A stretch of DNA of 63,281 nt, counting the filler, from Sluysia triapertura (Eukaryota): assembly GCA_046118255.1 (NCBI GenBank). It is 5 parts of 5 records of this genome, joined end to end, with 100 filler letters (N's around TTAATTAATTAA, not from the genome) between each part and the next. Parts side by side here need not be neighbours in the genome. Positions count along the whole stretch, not along the records: positions 11,087 to 21,856 come from JBJNIA010193692.1; positions 21,957 to 37,383 come from JBJNIA010228679.1; 3 more parts are not named here. One strand, 5' to 3'. The number at the start of each line of letters is the position of its first letter. Position 1 is the stretch's first letter. The position numbers were made by a program, and so were the translations under genes. Positions 13,240-25,600 of this stretch are shown here, piece by piece. The notes below the pieces were generated by a model, which worked only from the letters and a program-made list of their open reading frames with translations, was not told the DNA's origin and did no database searches.

Positions 13240-16200
13240 TTAATCTAATTGAACACTATCTATGATGTGTGTATCTGCATTACCAGTGGATCCTCCACCC
13301 GAACTGACTTTTTTCCTTTTAAATCTGGGATCTTGTAAATATGCTCTTCTTGTTCCATCGTTACCGGAAAAATGGAATCCTGAACTACCTACGGGACTTG
13401 GGCTTAGGTTTATTTCAGTATTATCGCATGGCATATCTACGATTTCAATAGGACTATGTTCAGTTCCGATCCCACCTCGAATTCTGGTGTTATCATGAAC
13501 ATTGGAACTTGGATTCACTCCCACACCAGAATTTGGATGAATAACACTAGGATGACCTTGCAATCTAGGATCACCCAACTTATTTATAACTCCATTCGTA
13601 TCAATCACCATTAAAGGATAAGGTACCTTCTGAGGACATTCAAGAGCCACTAGACGCCAAGATCGATTGTATCCACCAGCACCAATCCCAGAACCCCCAA
13701 CGACACCAGAATCTGGTACTGAATTGTAGTAAAACGCGGACATATTGATATAATCCATCATGGCGGTTTCAGCAGGCATATTTCCAGGAGAATATGTATT
13801 ACCGTACATCATGGAATCTGGAGCACCATTCGTAGCATGTGATGTGCCCTGTAAAAACTAATATTAGAAACTAATACAATTTAATTTTAAATCTACTTTA
13901 CATTGTAGATGACAATATTGTCCCTAGATTATAAATCATTCCATGGAAAACATTAAACCTACAAATCATCCAAATACGACTAGTCATAAGGTTAAGTGAT
14001 ATAATACATTACGTACCGCCATTGTTTCGAATGAAATTTCCTCTAGTACTGGCGAAATTAAAAACTAAATGTATATACCCAATACGTATTAATATCACAT
14101 ATAAATGGTAAGAAAATAAAATTTAATGAATCAAAAGTTTACATAATTTAAATAACCTTATTTAAAATTCATTTTATTTTCACTTTTAAAACAATTAATT
14201 GAACATTATTTCACGGAACCAATTCAAACAATGCATTAATTTTGATGAAAATATATATTGAAAATAAATTGTAAAATTCCTATATCTTACATTGATTGAA
14301 AAAACTTTTAACATGTTAATACCAATGCTTATAACATTATAATGCAGTTTAGAATATTTTAATATAATACACATCATTTTAAATGACTCTGTGATGTTGA
14401 ATAAATTTTATTAATAAAATGATTCTAATTTTAAATTAAATACTTATATATTTATTCTATTATAACTAAAATTTCAATACAAAATTCGAGCAAATAACAA
14501 ATCGTTTCAATGAGTAACTCTCAAATAAGAAACAGTATTCCTATAATCATGATAAATTTAGAAACATTTTCATTGAGTAACTTTATAGTGAATAATTTTC
14601 ATGGATCAAGCAACAAAGTGTAGACAGATATCATGATCCAACTGAGAACAAATTTAGCACAAAAGATGCCCCATAACAGCATATTGACACCACAATCATC
14701 AAAACTGAGAAAAAACAAGCAACTAAGAATATATTTATATTTAAAATTCCGTTTTTTGCAATTAGTCATAAAATTCTTCAATGTTTCTCGTAATATCGGA
14801 GTACTTATTTTATTTTTTTTTCATTTTATAGAAAGAATGAGAATCTGACTCGAATCTTCGTCTGAATACGATCTAGAGACAATACCAAATATATCCTTCA
14901 ATGAACTTGATGTTGCAGCTTCCAGCTCATACAGTAAAGTTTGGATTATATCAAGGAAATGGTTAGATTTTCAATAAGAATTGATTTTCGATATAAATTT
15001 TTTCATAAAATTCACATTAACGAATTTTTTCTCGAATACCTTATCTTCGTAGCAGATATAAGAATTAAGTTTGTATATTTTCAACATGTATATTAAGTTT
15101 GTATATACTAAACCTTCCACAGCATCGTAAACGTTATTCGTATTTCTTACATTTGATTCTAACATCATAATTAACGGATTAGATTTTCATCGGAGTTCTG
15201 CAGCTCGTTCTTATATTTATGAATTAAATGTTTCAAAGCTTAAAAATACCAACTTCAGTATACCAGAAATTGTTCATTGGATTTTGTATTTGAGTCCTAA
15301 TTCTCTATGAATCGTGCATTACACAATTATAATTTGAGTTTAATGTTAACTTTATGCAGGAGTTAACCTACAATATAAAATTGTTTTGTACAATAAATTA
15401 AAGATGAAATATATTTTATTAATATTAAATATTAGCAAATGCAATACTACTAACCAAACGAACACTAGGATGAGTAGCAGTTAAACTGTTATTAGGTACA
15501 TATGATCCTGGAGGTATTTCAGGAGACTTTGTTTTGGGCGAAGTTTGGATTCGATTGTGGGAGCTAATCGATGAGTCAAGGTTCTTATGTGGAGCTGAAT
15601 ATTCATCCACGTCTTCACAAGCTGGAGGCATTCCATTAGAATCGAGAATATCGACAAGTCGTTTGTATGATTGTGGAGCAGTAGAAGTTGGAGTACTTCC
15701 ATGAGAACTGGTAGCATCTGTATGTGAAGTTTTATTACTGGTGCTTACCAGATGCGCTAAGTTGTCTAAATATGGATCGGTAGAATCCTTGTTTTCATCT
15801 ACTGATATAGGACTATGAAGTGGTGGCATGCCTGGCATTGGAGGAATCATTCCGGTCGGAGGCATTCCGAATGGTGACATTCTACAAAAAATTATGTATG
15901 TTACTTTTCAATATACACATAAAATAGTTTTATATTTAACTAAATATTTAGTTAATAAATACTTAACTAAGAGCCGAAATATTCATATTGCATAAAAAAA
16001 ATTTACCCATTATTTCCAGGCATCATATTTCTCATTGGTCTCTGAAACATTGGATTGTGAGGACCTCTTGGAGGATTTCCAGGTGAAAACTGGCCACCCC
16101 CCATCGATCCAGGTCCACCAAATCTTGGATCCATCATAAAATTATGTCCAGGATTACTAGGTCCGTATCGCATCATCGGACCCCATGGAATGCGATTCCA

Positions 16201-19200
16201 ACCCATTCGAATCATATCATTTTGATTTTGTTGATTCATAGGACCAAACATACCCATTCTTTGTGGGCCACCCATCATCATCATATTACCACCAAACATA
16301 TGACTTCCACTCATCATAATGTTTCTAAAAATAAATTGCAAATATGAAGGATATTTTGTATATTTAAGTTAGTTTTGTTTTCAAATATTAAAATGTGATA
16401 AAATTTAAGTATAAAATCAAATTACTTTAGTTGATAAATGACAAGTTAGCACAATTAACACAAATACAAAGTGATTGTATAAATGAATTATATAGCCAAA
16501 CATATTATAAAGCAAAATTAATGAGTTTCATTTATATTTAATAGTATTCAGTAAACTTTAAATGAACATTTAATTTAGTCTTTAGAGCAAAACTCAAGAG
16601 ATTAAATTAATTGAAATGTAAATTATGTTTAATAGCAAAACTTAAATACTTTGAAAATACATCGAAAAACATTGTTAAAATTATTACTTAATAACGACTC
16701 TCAAATAATTGAAAAATATACTAAAAGCAAAATATAGGACTAAACAGTTATATTGACAAAAACACTATGAAGAACTAATAAAAATTTTTACAAAAAATCT
16801 CAATAAAAGATTTCTTTTGATGTTTTTCTAAATGCAGAGTATAAATAGCTAATTAATATTTTTAAGATTTTGATTCATGTTTAATTAAAATTAGTAGTAC
16901 ACCTGCGGTGCATGCAATTAGCCAGATAACACTACAAAAGGATAAATAGAAATATTTTTTCTATTTATGATAAAATATCTTAAACTGTTACGATAAAGGC
17001 CAATACACCAAAATAAAAAGCATATATAGAACCAATTTCAATCAATGCTTTTAGCATTATTTTAATTTTTGTAAATTTGTTCTAAGATATTAATAGTGAT
17101 TGTTTCACTGTTAATTTCACTTAAGTTGCAATAAATTTAAACTAACCGTTGCATATCGTCCATGTTCATATCATCTTTCATAGCATTACTAATATTAACA
17201 CTAGAATCTAAAAAAAATTTAAAATCTAACAATTATTTACTTGAATGTCCGTCAAAATTGCTTTTATCAGTTCGTTCATCGACCTAAATTAAATATAAAT
17301 GTAATTCATATCAAACCTTTTCATTTAAATATTTGTCTAGAATTTCTTTGGTTGTTTCTGTCAAAGGAGCATGAGAATATTTACAACTATCACCAGAAGG
17401 ACACATTTTTGATCCAGCATGGTACAGTTTGCATGGAAATTCCTCATGCATGTAAACACAAGAATTTCGCTTATGACATTGATGATGTTCATAAAATTTG
17501 CATAATTCTTTCACCACAGCTTCACCACTTGAATTAAAGTGGCTGCGATCTGAAGCACTACCTCCACGATCAATATTCCTATTCGAATCGTTTCCTAAAC
17601 TTGATCTACCCATTCTACTGCTATCGTTATCTCGATCATTGTCCCCACCAGAATTTGGGGTTTCATGTAAAAATTTACAATTATCACCATGACGGCAAGA
17701 ACCCATTTTGAAGTATTTACAAATTCCTTTCTTTTGTCCCCCATCGCCTCGATTTAAATTTCCACCCCAAACTCGATTAGAATTATCATTATTCGATTGG
17801 TTGCGATAATTACCAGTTCGTCCGCCTTTATTATTATTATTACTATTATTATTATTAGAATGATCATTATTATTACCCCAACCACTATACTCAGGACTAC
17901 CACCCCATTTGGCATTATCGTTATTTATATTATCATTTCCCCATCCAGAATTAGATTTCTCTTTATCCCAAGCATTTCCTTCATTATTCCAATCTCCCCA
18001 TTTATTTTCATCAGTGTTAGATTCTGATTTATTTGTATTATTTTTTGTCCCTTCATCTTCATCTCCCCAAGCTCCCCAACTATCATTGGTTTTACCTAAA
18101 TTATCACTTTTTTCGTTATTTCCATCACCCCATTTATCAACATCCTTTTTTTCACTTGTGAACTTATTTTGTTTTGTATCATTACCTTCATCACTGTCAT
18201 ATCCCCACGCAGATTTTTCTACTGGGGATCGCGGCATACTTTCACTTTTCTCATCAAAATTACCCGAACGTAAATCATCAGGCTCCTTCGAAGTACGATC
18301 AAAATTATCTGGACTTTTTGACATATTGTCTGGACTATTTGAACGAAAATTATCATTATCATCATTATTCTTATAGAACCCAAACCCGCTTCTTCCACCA
18401 CGATTACCACCACCCCTGAAACTACTATTTCCTCCACCGTTTCGAAATCCACGGCGTCCACCACGTCCTCCTCTACCGCCGCGTCGGTTATTTCCTCCAT
18501 CATCGTCGTTCCTGTTATTCCATCCACCACGATTATCACTCCGGTTATTATTCCACCCGCCTCGGTTGTTATCATCATTCAAATTACTCCAACCACTTCG
18601 ACCTTTATCGTCATCATTCTCAGTATTATTCCAACCACCTCGATTATTATCTTCATTTGAATTATTATTCCAAATGCTTCGATCTTTATTATCATCTTGA
18701 TTATTCCAACTACTCCTATCTTTATTATCATCTTGATTATTCCAACTACCTCGATCTTTATTATCATCTTGATTATTCCAACTACCTCGATCTTTATTAT
18801 CATCTTCATTATTCCAAATGCTTCTATCTTTATTATCATCTTGATTATTCCAACTACTCTTATCTTTATTATCATCTTCATTATTCCAACTGCTTCGATC
18901 TTTATTATCATCTTGATTATTCCAACCACCTCTACTGCTATTATCATTTCGATCGTCATGATCTTTTTTATTGTTCCAACTATCACAATCTTCATTATTA
19001 TCAGTTCCAAGATTTTCATTATTACTACCCCAAGCAGTACATTCTTCATTACCTGTGACTTTAGGTTTATCCTCACCATCACTATCATATGCCCATTTAG
19101 ATGTACCTTTCTCTTCTGCTACTACGGGACTATTTTCTCTTACTATATTATCGTTATGATCCCAATTAATAACTTCATCAGTTTTGCTCTTTTTCCACCC

Positions 19201-19610
19201 AGGATCATCCTCATTTTCATCTCCTTCTATATGTCGTTTGCGAACTGACTGCTGGCGTTCAAGTAGATTACTAGGTGATGTTGTAACACCATTATCACCT
19301 GCTTTAGCTTCAACCACTTGCTCAGACCCTACTGACTCATCATCAATTTCACCATCTTCTAGTTCTAATTCACTGAAAAAAAAGGAAACGCGAAATATTA
19401 CATAATTCCAAAATTAAATTAATCATTAAACAAGATTAACACTTTAAAATAAACATATTTAATATTATCAAAAGATAAATTTTCAATTATAAACCTATTT
19501 AGTTACAATATTGAACTAGAAAATTGAAAACAAATTCAAAATAAAATAAGATAAATTAATCTTAAAGTTCAATAGTACCTTATAGGTTTATCAGTATCTC
19601 CGTCAGCCAT
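13240..19610 (-). CDS. ZC3H4: ZC3H4/ZC3H6/Suppressor-of-sable family CCCH zinc-finger protein (Restrictor subunit), 7 exons, about 1181 aa
   Basis: Exons (minus): 19579-19610, 17317-19372, 17241-17283, 17147-17207, 16007-16324, 15455-15881, 13240-13848. All introns are GT-AG with matching phases (2,0,1,2,2,0); total 3546 nt. Three CCCH fingers; YMHEEFPCKLYH...C...C.YSHAPLTETTKEILDKYL closely matches ZC3H4 YMHGDFPCKLYH...FSHDPLTEETRELLDKML. N-terminal ELEDGEI motif and C-terminal DPR motifs. Confidence 0.88.
18673..18924 (-). repeat. Coding tandem repeat, 7 x 36 bp, WNN(Q/E)DDNKD(R/K)(S/G)(S/I), inside ZC3H4-like exon 2
   Basis: Seven near-identical 36-nt units are directly visible, flanked by degenerate RGGWNN units. 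Confidence 0.95.
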
Positions 19611-20580
19611 TTTGTCAAAATTAAAATTTGTCTCAATTCATATAATAAAACGAAAGTAAAATATATAGCTCAAAAAATAATACTAGCTAAAATAAAAAAT
19701 ATTATAAAAAAATATAACATTATTTATTGAAATTCAATTTCTATTTTGCACTAGGTTTTTTTCCTATTTTATGAAATAAAATTTTTTTAAATCTATATAT
19801 TTCATTTAGATATCATATAGATTTAAAATACCCAAACTCATTTAATTTCATTTCAGATTAATTTGGAGTTACATACAGGATACATAATACTTTTTGAATC
19901 AATTATTATCAATATTCTTTTTTTAAAGTATTTTAGTATTCAAACTTAGATTATATTTTCTAAGCTACAATAACTTTTACAAAATTGAAATACTTTTTCA
20001 TTTATAAAAAAGCAAAAAAATAACATTTAAATCATTTATAACTTTTTCAATCAATTGTTAGTGCATTTATAGTGTCTTGTTACGTTTTAATAATGACAAA
20101 AGTAGGTATAATACGTAAGAAACATTATTTAGCAGCAGTAGTTCAAGTGTTTATGTTTTCAAAATAAATATTTTTATGTGATTAAAACGTCTATTAAAAC
20201 AAAAACCAAAACAATAAAGAACAATTAAAACACAAAATATAAACTAAATTATAAATAATTAATTTAATAAATATCTTGGAGTTTTTATATATGCTGTTCA
20301 GGTTGAAATTTTAATATATTAATATATTTTATATTTTATAAGCATTTTTGTAATTTATGATTTAAACATCTTTGAACATGACAAGATTAAAAAAATTAAT
20401 ATACAAACAAATTTCTTTTCTTATAGTTCAGTTTTATTTTAAAATTATAATATATTGATGATTTTATTGAAATGTAAACCAAGATCTATCACTTGCGTAT
20501 ATTAAAAAGATAAATAACTACATACAAATTTATCTAAAACTTTTCAGCAAAATAATTTTAATTTTAGTACAGGTTATAAT

Positions 20581-20630
20581 CCTCTTTCTGCGGAGTTTGA
20601 TGCTCTATCCACTGAGCTAAAAGCCCCACC
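20581..20630 (-). mobile_element. tRNA-derived SINE head, 5' half (A box)
   Basis: Minus strand reads GGGGCTTTTAGCTCAGTGGATAGAGCATCAAACTCCGCAGA: Pol III A box and D-arm, no T-arm. Confidence 0.55.
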
Positions 20631-21175
20631 TAACAATTTGGATTATTATAGTTAATTATGCTAAATGGCATTTTATGCCAGTAATCCAACAAAGTATTCC
20701 TCTGAAAATTTATTTGTTATATTAATTGTTTATAGGATTAATTTCTGCCGATGTAAACATAACCTATCACTTAATTATCCTAGATATAATAAAGTTTTTA
20801 ACATTCAGATAACTGATTCTAAACAGAAATTTTTAGAAACAATATTTCAACTGCATAATTAAACATGTATTAAAATCTTGGTATAGAATTACTTGCAATT
20901 TGATTTTTCTTATTGTTATATCAAAAATAGTGAGAAAGTTGAGATTTTGATTTAATGTATTTATTATAAGACGCAGTACCTAAAATTCCTTTTTGCATAC
21001 CTTTGTTATGTGATGACATTAGCATTAAATGGTTTTGAATTAAAATATAGCTTATAAGAGAATGCACAACGAAGGTGTACACTTATCAGGAGGTTGTTTA
21101 ACAAATATCAAGATGCGGTAATAATATTGAGTTACCATGTTTACACCAAAATATTGATTTTTTTTGTTATGTCAT

Positions 21176-21365
21176 ACTATATGTAACTAAAAATATAAAA
21201 TATTTTTCTATCTATGTAACTAAAAATATAAAATATTTTTCTATCTATGTAACTAAAAATATAAATGAAATTTTTCTATACTATATGTAACTAAAAATAT
21301 AAAAGATTTTTCTATCTATGTAACTAAAAATATAAATGAAATTTTTCTATTATCTAAAAATATAA
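21176..21365. repeat. About 33-37 bp AT-rich minisatellite, about 5.5 copies
   Basis: Unit ctatgtaactaaaaatataaaatatttttctat repeated head-to-tail with small indels. Confidence 0.9.
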
Positions 21366-21956
21366 GTATTAAAATTTTTCTATTATTGATTTTCAAAAAA
21401 TAAACAACGTAATTTCTAAAAATAAAAATGAATTTTTCTAAAATTTATTAATTGATTTTTGAATTCTATGATTAATTTTGGATTTAATTAATTGATGATC
21501 TAATAATCGGATTTAAATTTAATATGGTATTAACAAGTAAATCATTATATTTAATCATTTTAAAATTAATTATTTTGTTTAAATATTATAAAATAACCTT
21601 CAACATTCAAGTATATAAATTAGCATTGACACTCTCACAATTTCACAATTTTAAATCTTAATTTAAAAATCTTTATCGTGCAAAGTTTCTGCAGTTTAAT
21701 AATAATTCTTGGTGCAATTCGACAGCAATCTTTAGTAATACAATCTTCATCGGTACAATTTAGTAACCAATATCAGTTCAATTCGACAGCAATTTTTCCA
21801 TTTTTGAATTTATATATAAATACGTTAGTTTGTTTGTAAGTTTCTTGACTTTTTTANNNNNNNNNNNNNNNNNNNNNNNNNNNNNNNNNNNNNNNNNNNN
21901 TTAATTAATTAANNNNNNNNNNNNNNNNNNNNNNNNNNNNNNNNNNNNNNNNNNNN

Positions 21957-22092
21957 TATAAGTTGGTCTGTTGGTGTTTATGATGATGTATTTGTAGAAT
22001 AAGATTATGGCTATTGAGAAAATTGTGTTTTAATAAAATTAGATTTGTAATTGTTGGGTTTAAATTTTAAGTTATTGGTGTTGACCACTACA
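21957..22092 (-). mobile_element. LTR 5' portion (cut by gap)
   Basis: Minus strand starts TGTAGTGGTCAACACCAATAACTTAAAATTTAAACCCAACAATT, highly similar to the LTR starting at 36668. Confidence 0.75.
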
Positions 22093-22139
22093 TTTATCTT
22101 TATGAAACCGATTAAAAATGATGCTATTTTCGCTGCGCC

Positions 22140-22600
22140 TAAGGATTCGCAACTAATGGATAATTTAATCTGATTGGAGCGATGCAAAACAGGGTCATTG
22201 AGATACGGCAATCCTGTTTGACGCCATATTTGATTGGTACTAGATCCGTCAAGAAATTATTACACTTGTATTGAGTCAAGGAAGAATCGTAATTATTTCT
22301 GATAAAATTAAGGGTGAACTGATGAAGACCCATACTAATTAATTAGTGGGGCTAGGATCCAAACGTGTTGACAAAATCCAGAAAGATGACATAAACTCGA
22401 ATTTTGTGGGATTTTTATGATTAAGAGACTTAATAATAATACCCAATGCAACCGTCAGAGCGAAGAAGATCAGCTTGATGGGTACTGACGCGGTTCCAAC
22501 AATGAATCCATGATAAGAGTCGATCTTTGTAAAGATGCGGTTCAAAGAATCCATGACAGCAATAGGGCGCCAGGGAGAAACTACGTGTGCCAGGTGATTT
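22140..22600 (-). mobile_element. Non-LTR retrotransposon reverse transcriptase relic (R2/NeSL-like or L1/Tx1-like); GC-richer element sequence probably extends to about 23330
   Basis: WRPIAVMDSLNRIFTKI, YHGF and MGLHQFTLNFIRNNY...TDLVPIKYGVKQDCRISMTLFCIA correspond to RT motifs WRPI, QxGF and GVKQGCPLS; multiple frameshifts. Confidence 0.8.
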
Positions 22601-25600
22601 TTTGGGTTTAATTATAAGGCGGGTAAGGAAAGATTTCCAGGCCTGAGGAACGCTTTGAGTTTGAAGTATTTTACTAAAGAAAATTAAAAGAAACTTTGTT
22701 GTGGGATCAAATTCTTGATTTGTTCGAATTTGATTTTATTGGGACCGGTACATAGTTTTTACAATACTTCATGGTTATTAAGATTTCAGCTTCAGAAAAG
22801 GAAGAACAGATTGAAAAATCCATAAAGTAAGGTAAAATCCAATCTTAGATGGATCGAAGGGTGGAACAACGCCTGAACTATAGTTAAGACAGACTTCATC
22901 AACAGAAGCAGTGACGGAAGCAGAGTCAGATAGAAGACTCTGGTCTGAGTCTTTTCAAAGATCTTGTTAAGATTAATTTTTTTCATAAACTCATGATAAA
23001 TGGTCACCCAGAAGGAAAATGTGATGTGAATAAAACACAAGAGGTTCAATAATGCAGAAGAAATTCTGTTGTTTATTAAAGATGACAAGGATCCAGTGGG
23101 ATTCGTTTTAATGATCCGGTATAGGTGGAGCTAATCTGAACATTTCGAGATGGGAAAATTGTTCAGAAAGGCCTGCTCGTCATTGAACATAGCAAAATTG
23201 GCAGTAATAGAGTCCACCACAGCAGAACCAGCATCGATGATTTACGCGTTAAGGAAAGTCATGATTGAGCCAATGGTTAGTCAGTCGGATTCATGGGTTT
23301 GTAGAGGCATTATTTTAATCATTATCTTAAAGTAAAAAATTATTATTTTTATGTATTTTTTAATAATTGTGTATTTATGTATAAATTAATTATTTTAAAG
23401 TAAATAATTATTATTTATGCATAAATTAATTATTACTAAATTTTTATTGTATTAATTTTATTTTGAAAAATAATTAAAATTGAAAACAATTCTAATACGA
23501 TTTCTGTTAAATTAATTGTTACTAAATTTTTATTATTTTCTTAATTTTATTTCGAAAAATAATCTTAGATTAAAATTGAACATTATGCTACAATGTAAAC
23601 AAACATCATTATTATTATTATCATTATCATTAGTAGTATTATTATTATTATCATCATTATTATTATTAATTATATCGAACCATTCTTATAATATTAATAT
23701 ACAATCTATTTTTAGATTAAATCAATTTATGCGACAAAATGTATTTAATTATTATATTTATAATTTTGATTTTAGTTTAGACCATAACTATTGAATTGTT
23801 TAAATATACATAAAGACATAATGTATTATTAAGATAACTACAAAGTGTATATATTATACAGACATTATCAAGTATAAAATATTTTATATGGTTTTATTAA
23901 GAATTTTGATGTTTATTTATTCTGTAAATGTGTTTTCAAAGTTTAACTATGCAAGATTTATCATCATTTATGTCTAAATTAAGACATTTTCATTTTCTAA
24001 TTATTCATGAACTTGTACTTTGTGCTATATCAAAAGGTATTTAATATTTAAATTTTGAATAATATTTATTAAGAAAAAACACATTAAAGATTTTAAATTT
24101 AGATTTGATTTATCATTGAAGATTTAAATTTAAAGAAGTTTTTTGATAGAAGCAAAATTAATATTTGATTTGTCATTGGAGTTTTAAATTTAAAGAAGAA
24201 GAATTAATTAAAGAAAATTAAAAGAAGACTAATTTATTTGAAAGATCCAATAAATTAACTTTCATAATTGTTAGTTTATTTTACTAAGGGAAATTTGATT
24301 TATTAATAAAATTGACGTAAATTATAATCAAAATATCTTAAATTATTATAAAAAGAAATTTTTATGTACTATAATATTAATTTTAAATTAATATTTTAAT
24401 TTACATTTGAATTTTTATTTGGTTTTTGATTAATTGAATATTTTGCATATCTAAATTTTTATAAATAAATAACATTTGTATATTACTAACAGAAAAATTA
24501 AAATCAAATATAAAGGAAATAACTCAAGAAATCATTCTTTTAATTTTAAAAGTTTTAACAAGGAAATATGGGTCATAGAATAATCGGATAAACTGGAAAC
24601 TGAATTCTTGTGGAGGAATATATTACAAAATATTATTTTAGAATAAGATATGTTTATTGAAAGATATAAAGGAACATAAAATCTAAATTTAATTAGTCAA
24701 ATTAATCAATGTTGTGTTTGGCTTAATGAAGGATAAAGGTGCATATGAAAGTCAGGATTCAGAATAATAGAATAAGGTGAACGTTATTAAAGAATTAAGA
24801 TTGGTATTAAAATGAACTGCAATGTTAAAATAAAATATTTGAATCAAAACAAAAGAATAAGAAATACGAATAAATAACTCCTTTACAAGGTTTCATTTGT
24901 TAAAATATTAAAATACATTTGTTAATTAACTTAATTAAAATTTTTTTAATTTCATAATTCAATAAAAAGTTTTCTCATGATATAATGATGTTAGATTTTA
25001 GATTATGATTTTTATTAGTATTTTTAATGATAAAGTATTGCAAAGCACGTCATCGTAGATGGCGTAAAAATTAGCTATTTTCGTTATTTTTTATAATTTA
25101 AAATTAAAGTTAAATATATTCCCATATCTAAGTATTAATAAAGTATGTATCAAATCGATGCTTATAAAGACAATAATTCAAATGTTATTGAAATTGACAA
25201 GCAACATACAGTTGGCACATCGTAATATGCAAAAGATTCCTATGAGAAATAAACTTATCATTTCATTAATTTTACTTTTGTTAGAACATAATTTTATTCG
25301 AACGTCCAATTTACGACTGTCTCGTCTAAATATAAATAATATTTTCAAGCAGTTATCGCGTCGAATTCCTATCTTGGCCAGATCCTTCTATAATTTTTAA
25401 AATAATCAGTTAGTTTATTTGTTTTAAGGTTTAGATATCCAAGAGATATCATCGCAAAATACACTCAAATTATTTAATAATTAGTTTGATCTTATAATAG
25501 ATCCTCGCAAAATCTTTTAATAAAATCTTATAGAATAATTCCCTCGTAACACATATTATTACTATTCAAATTTGTAAAGTTTATTTTATTTTTCATTGTC

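Noticed and set aside
16888-16915. Helitron 3' end on the minus strand (short hairpin then CTAA-T)
   Set aside because: The hairpin is short, and no 5' end or second copy was found in the window.
18673-18924. 36-bp repeats (and the 33-bp repeats at 21176-21365) as a CRISPR array
   Set aside because: Head-to-tail units with no unique spacers, no cas genes, eukaryotic context; the first array is protein-coding.
17241-19405. Many plus-strand and alternative-frame ORFs over the ZC3H4-like exon
   Set aside because: Shadows of the repetitive, low-complexity coding strand.
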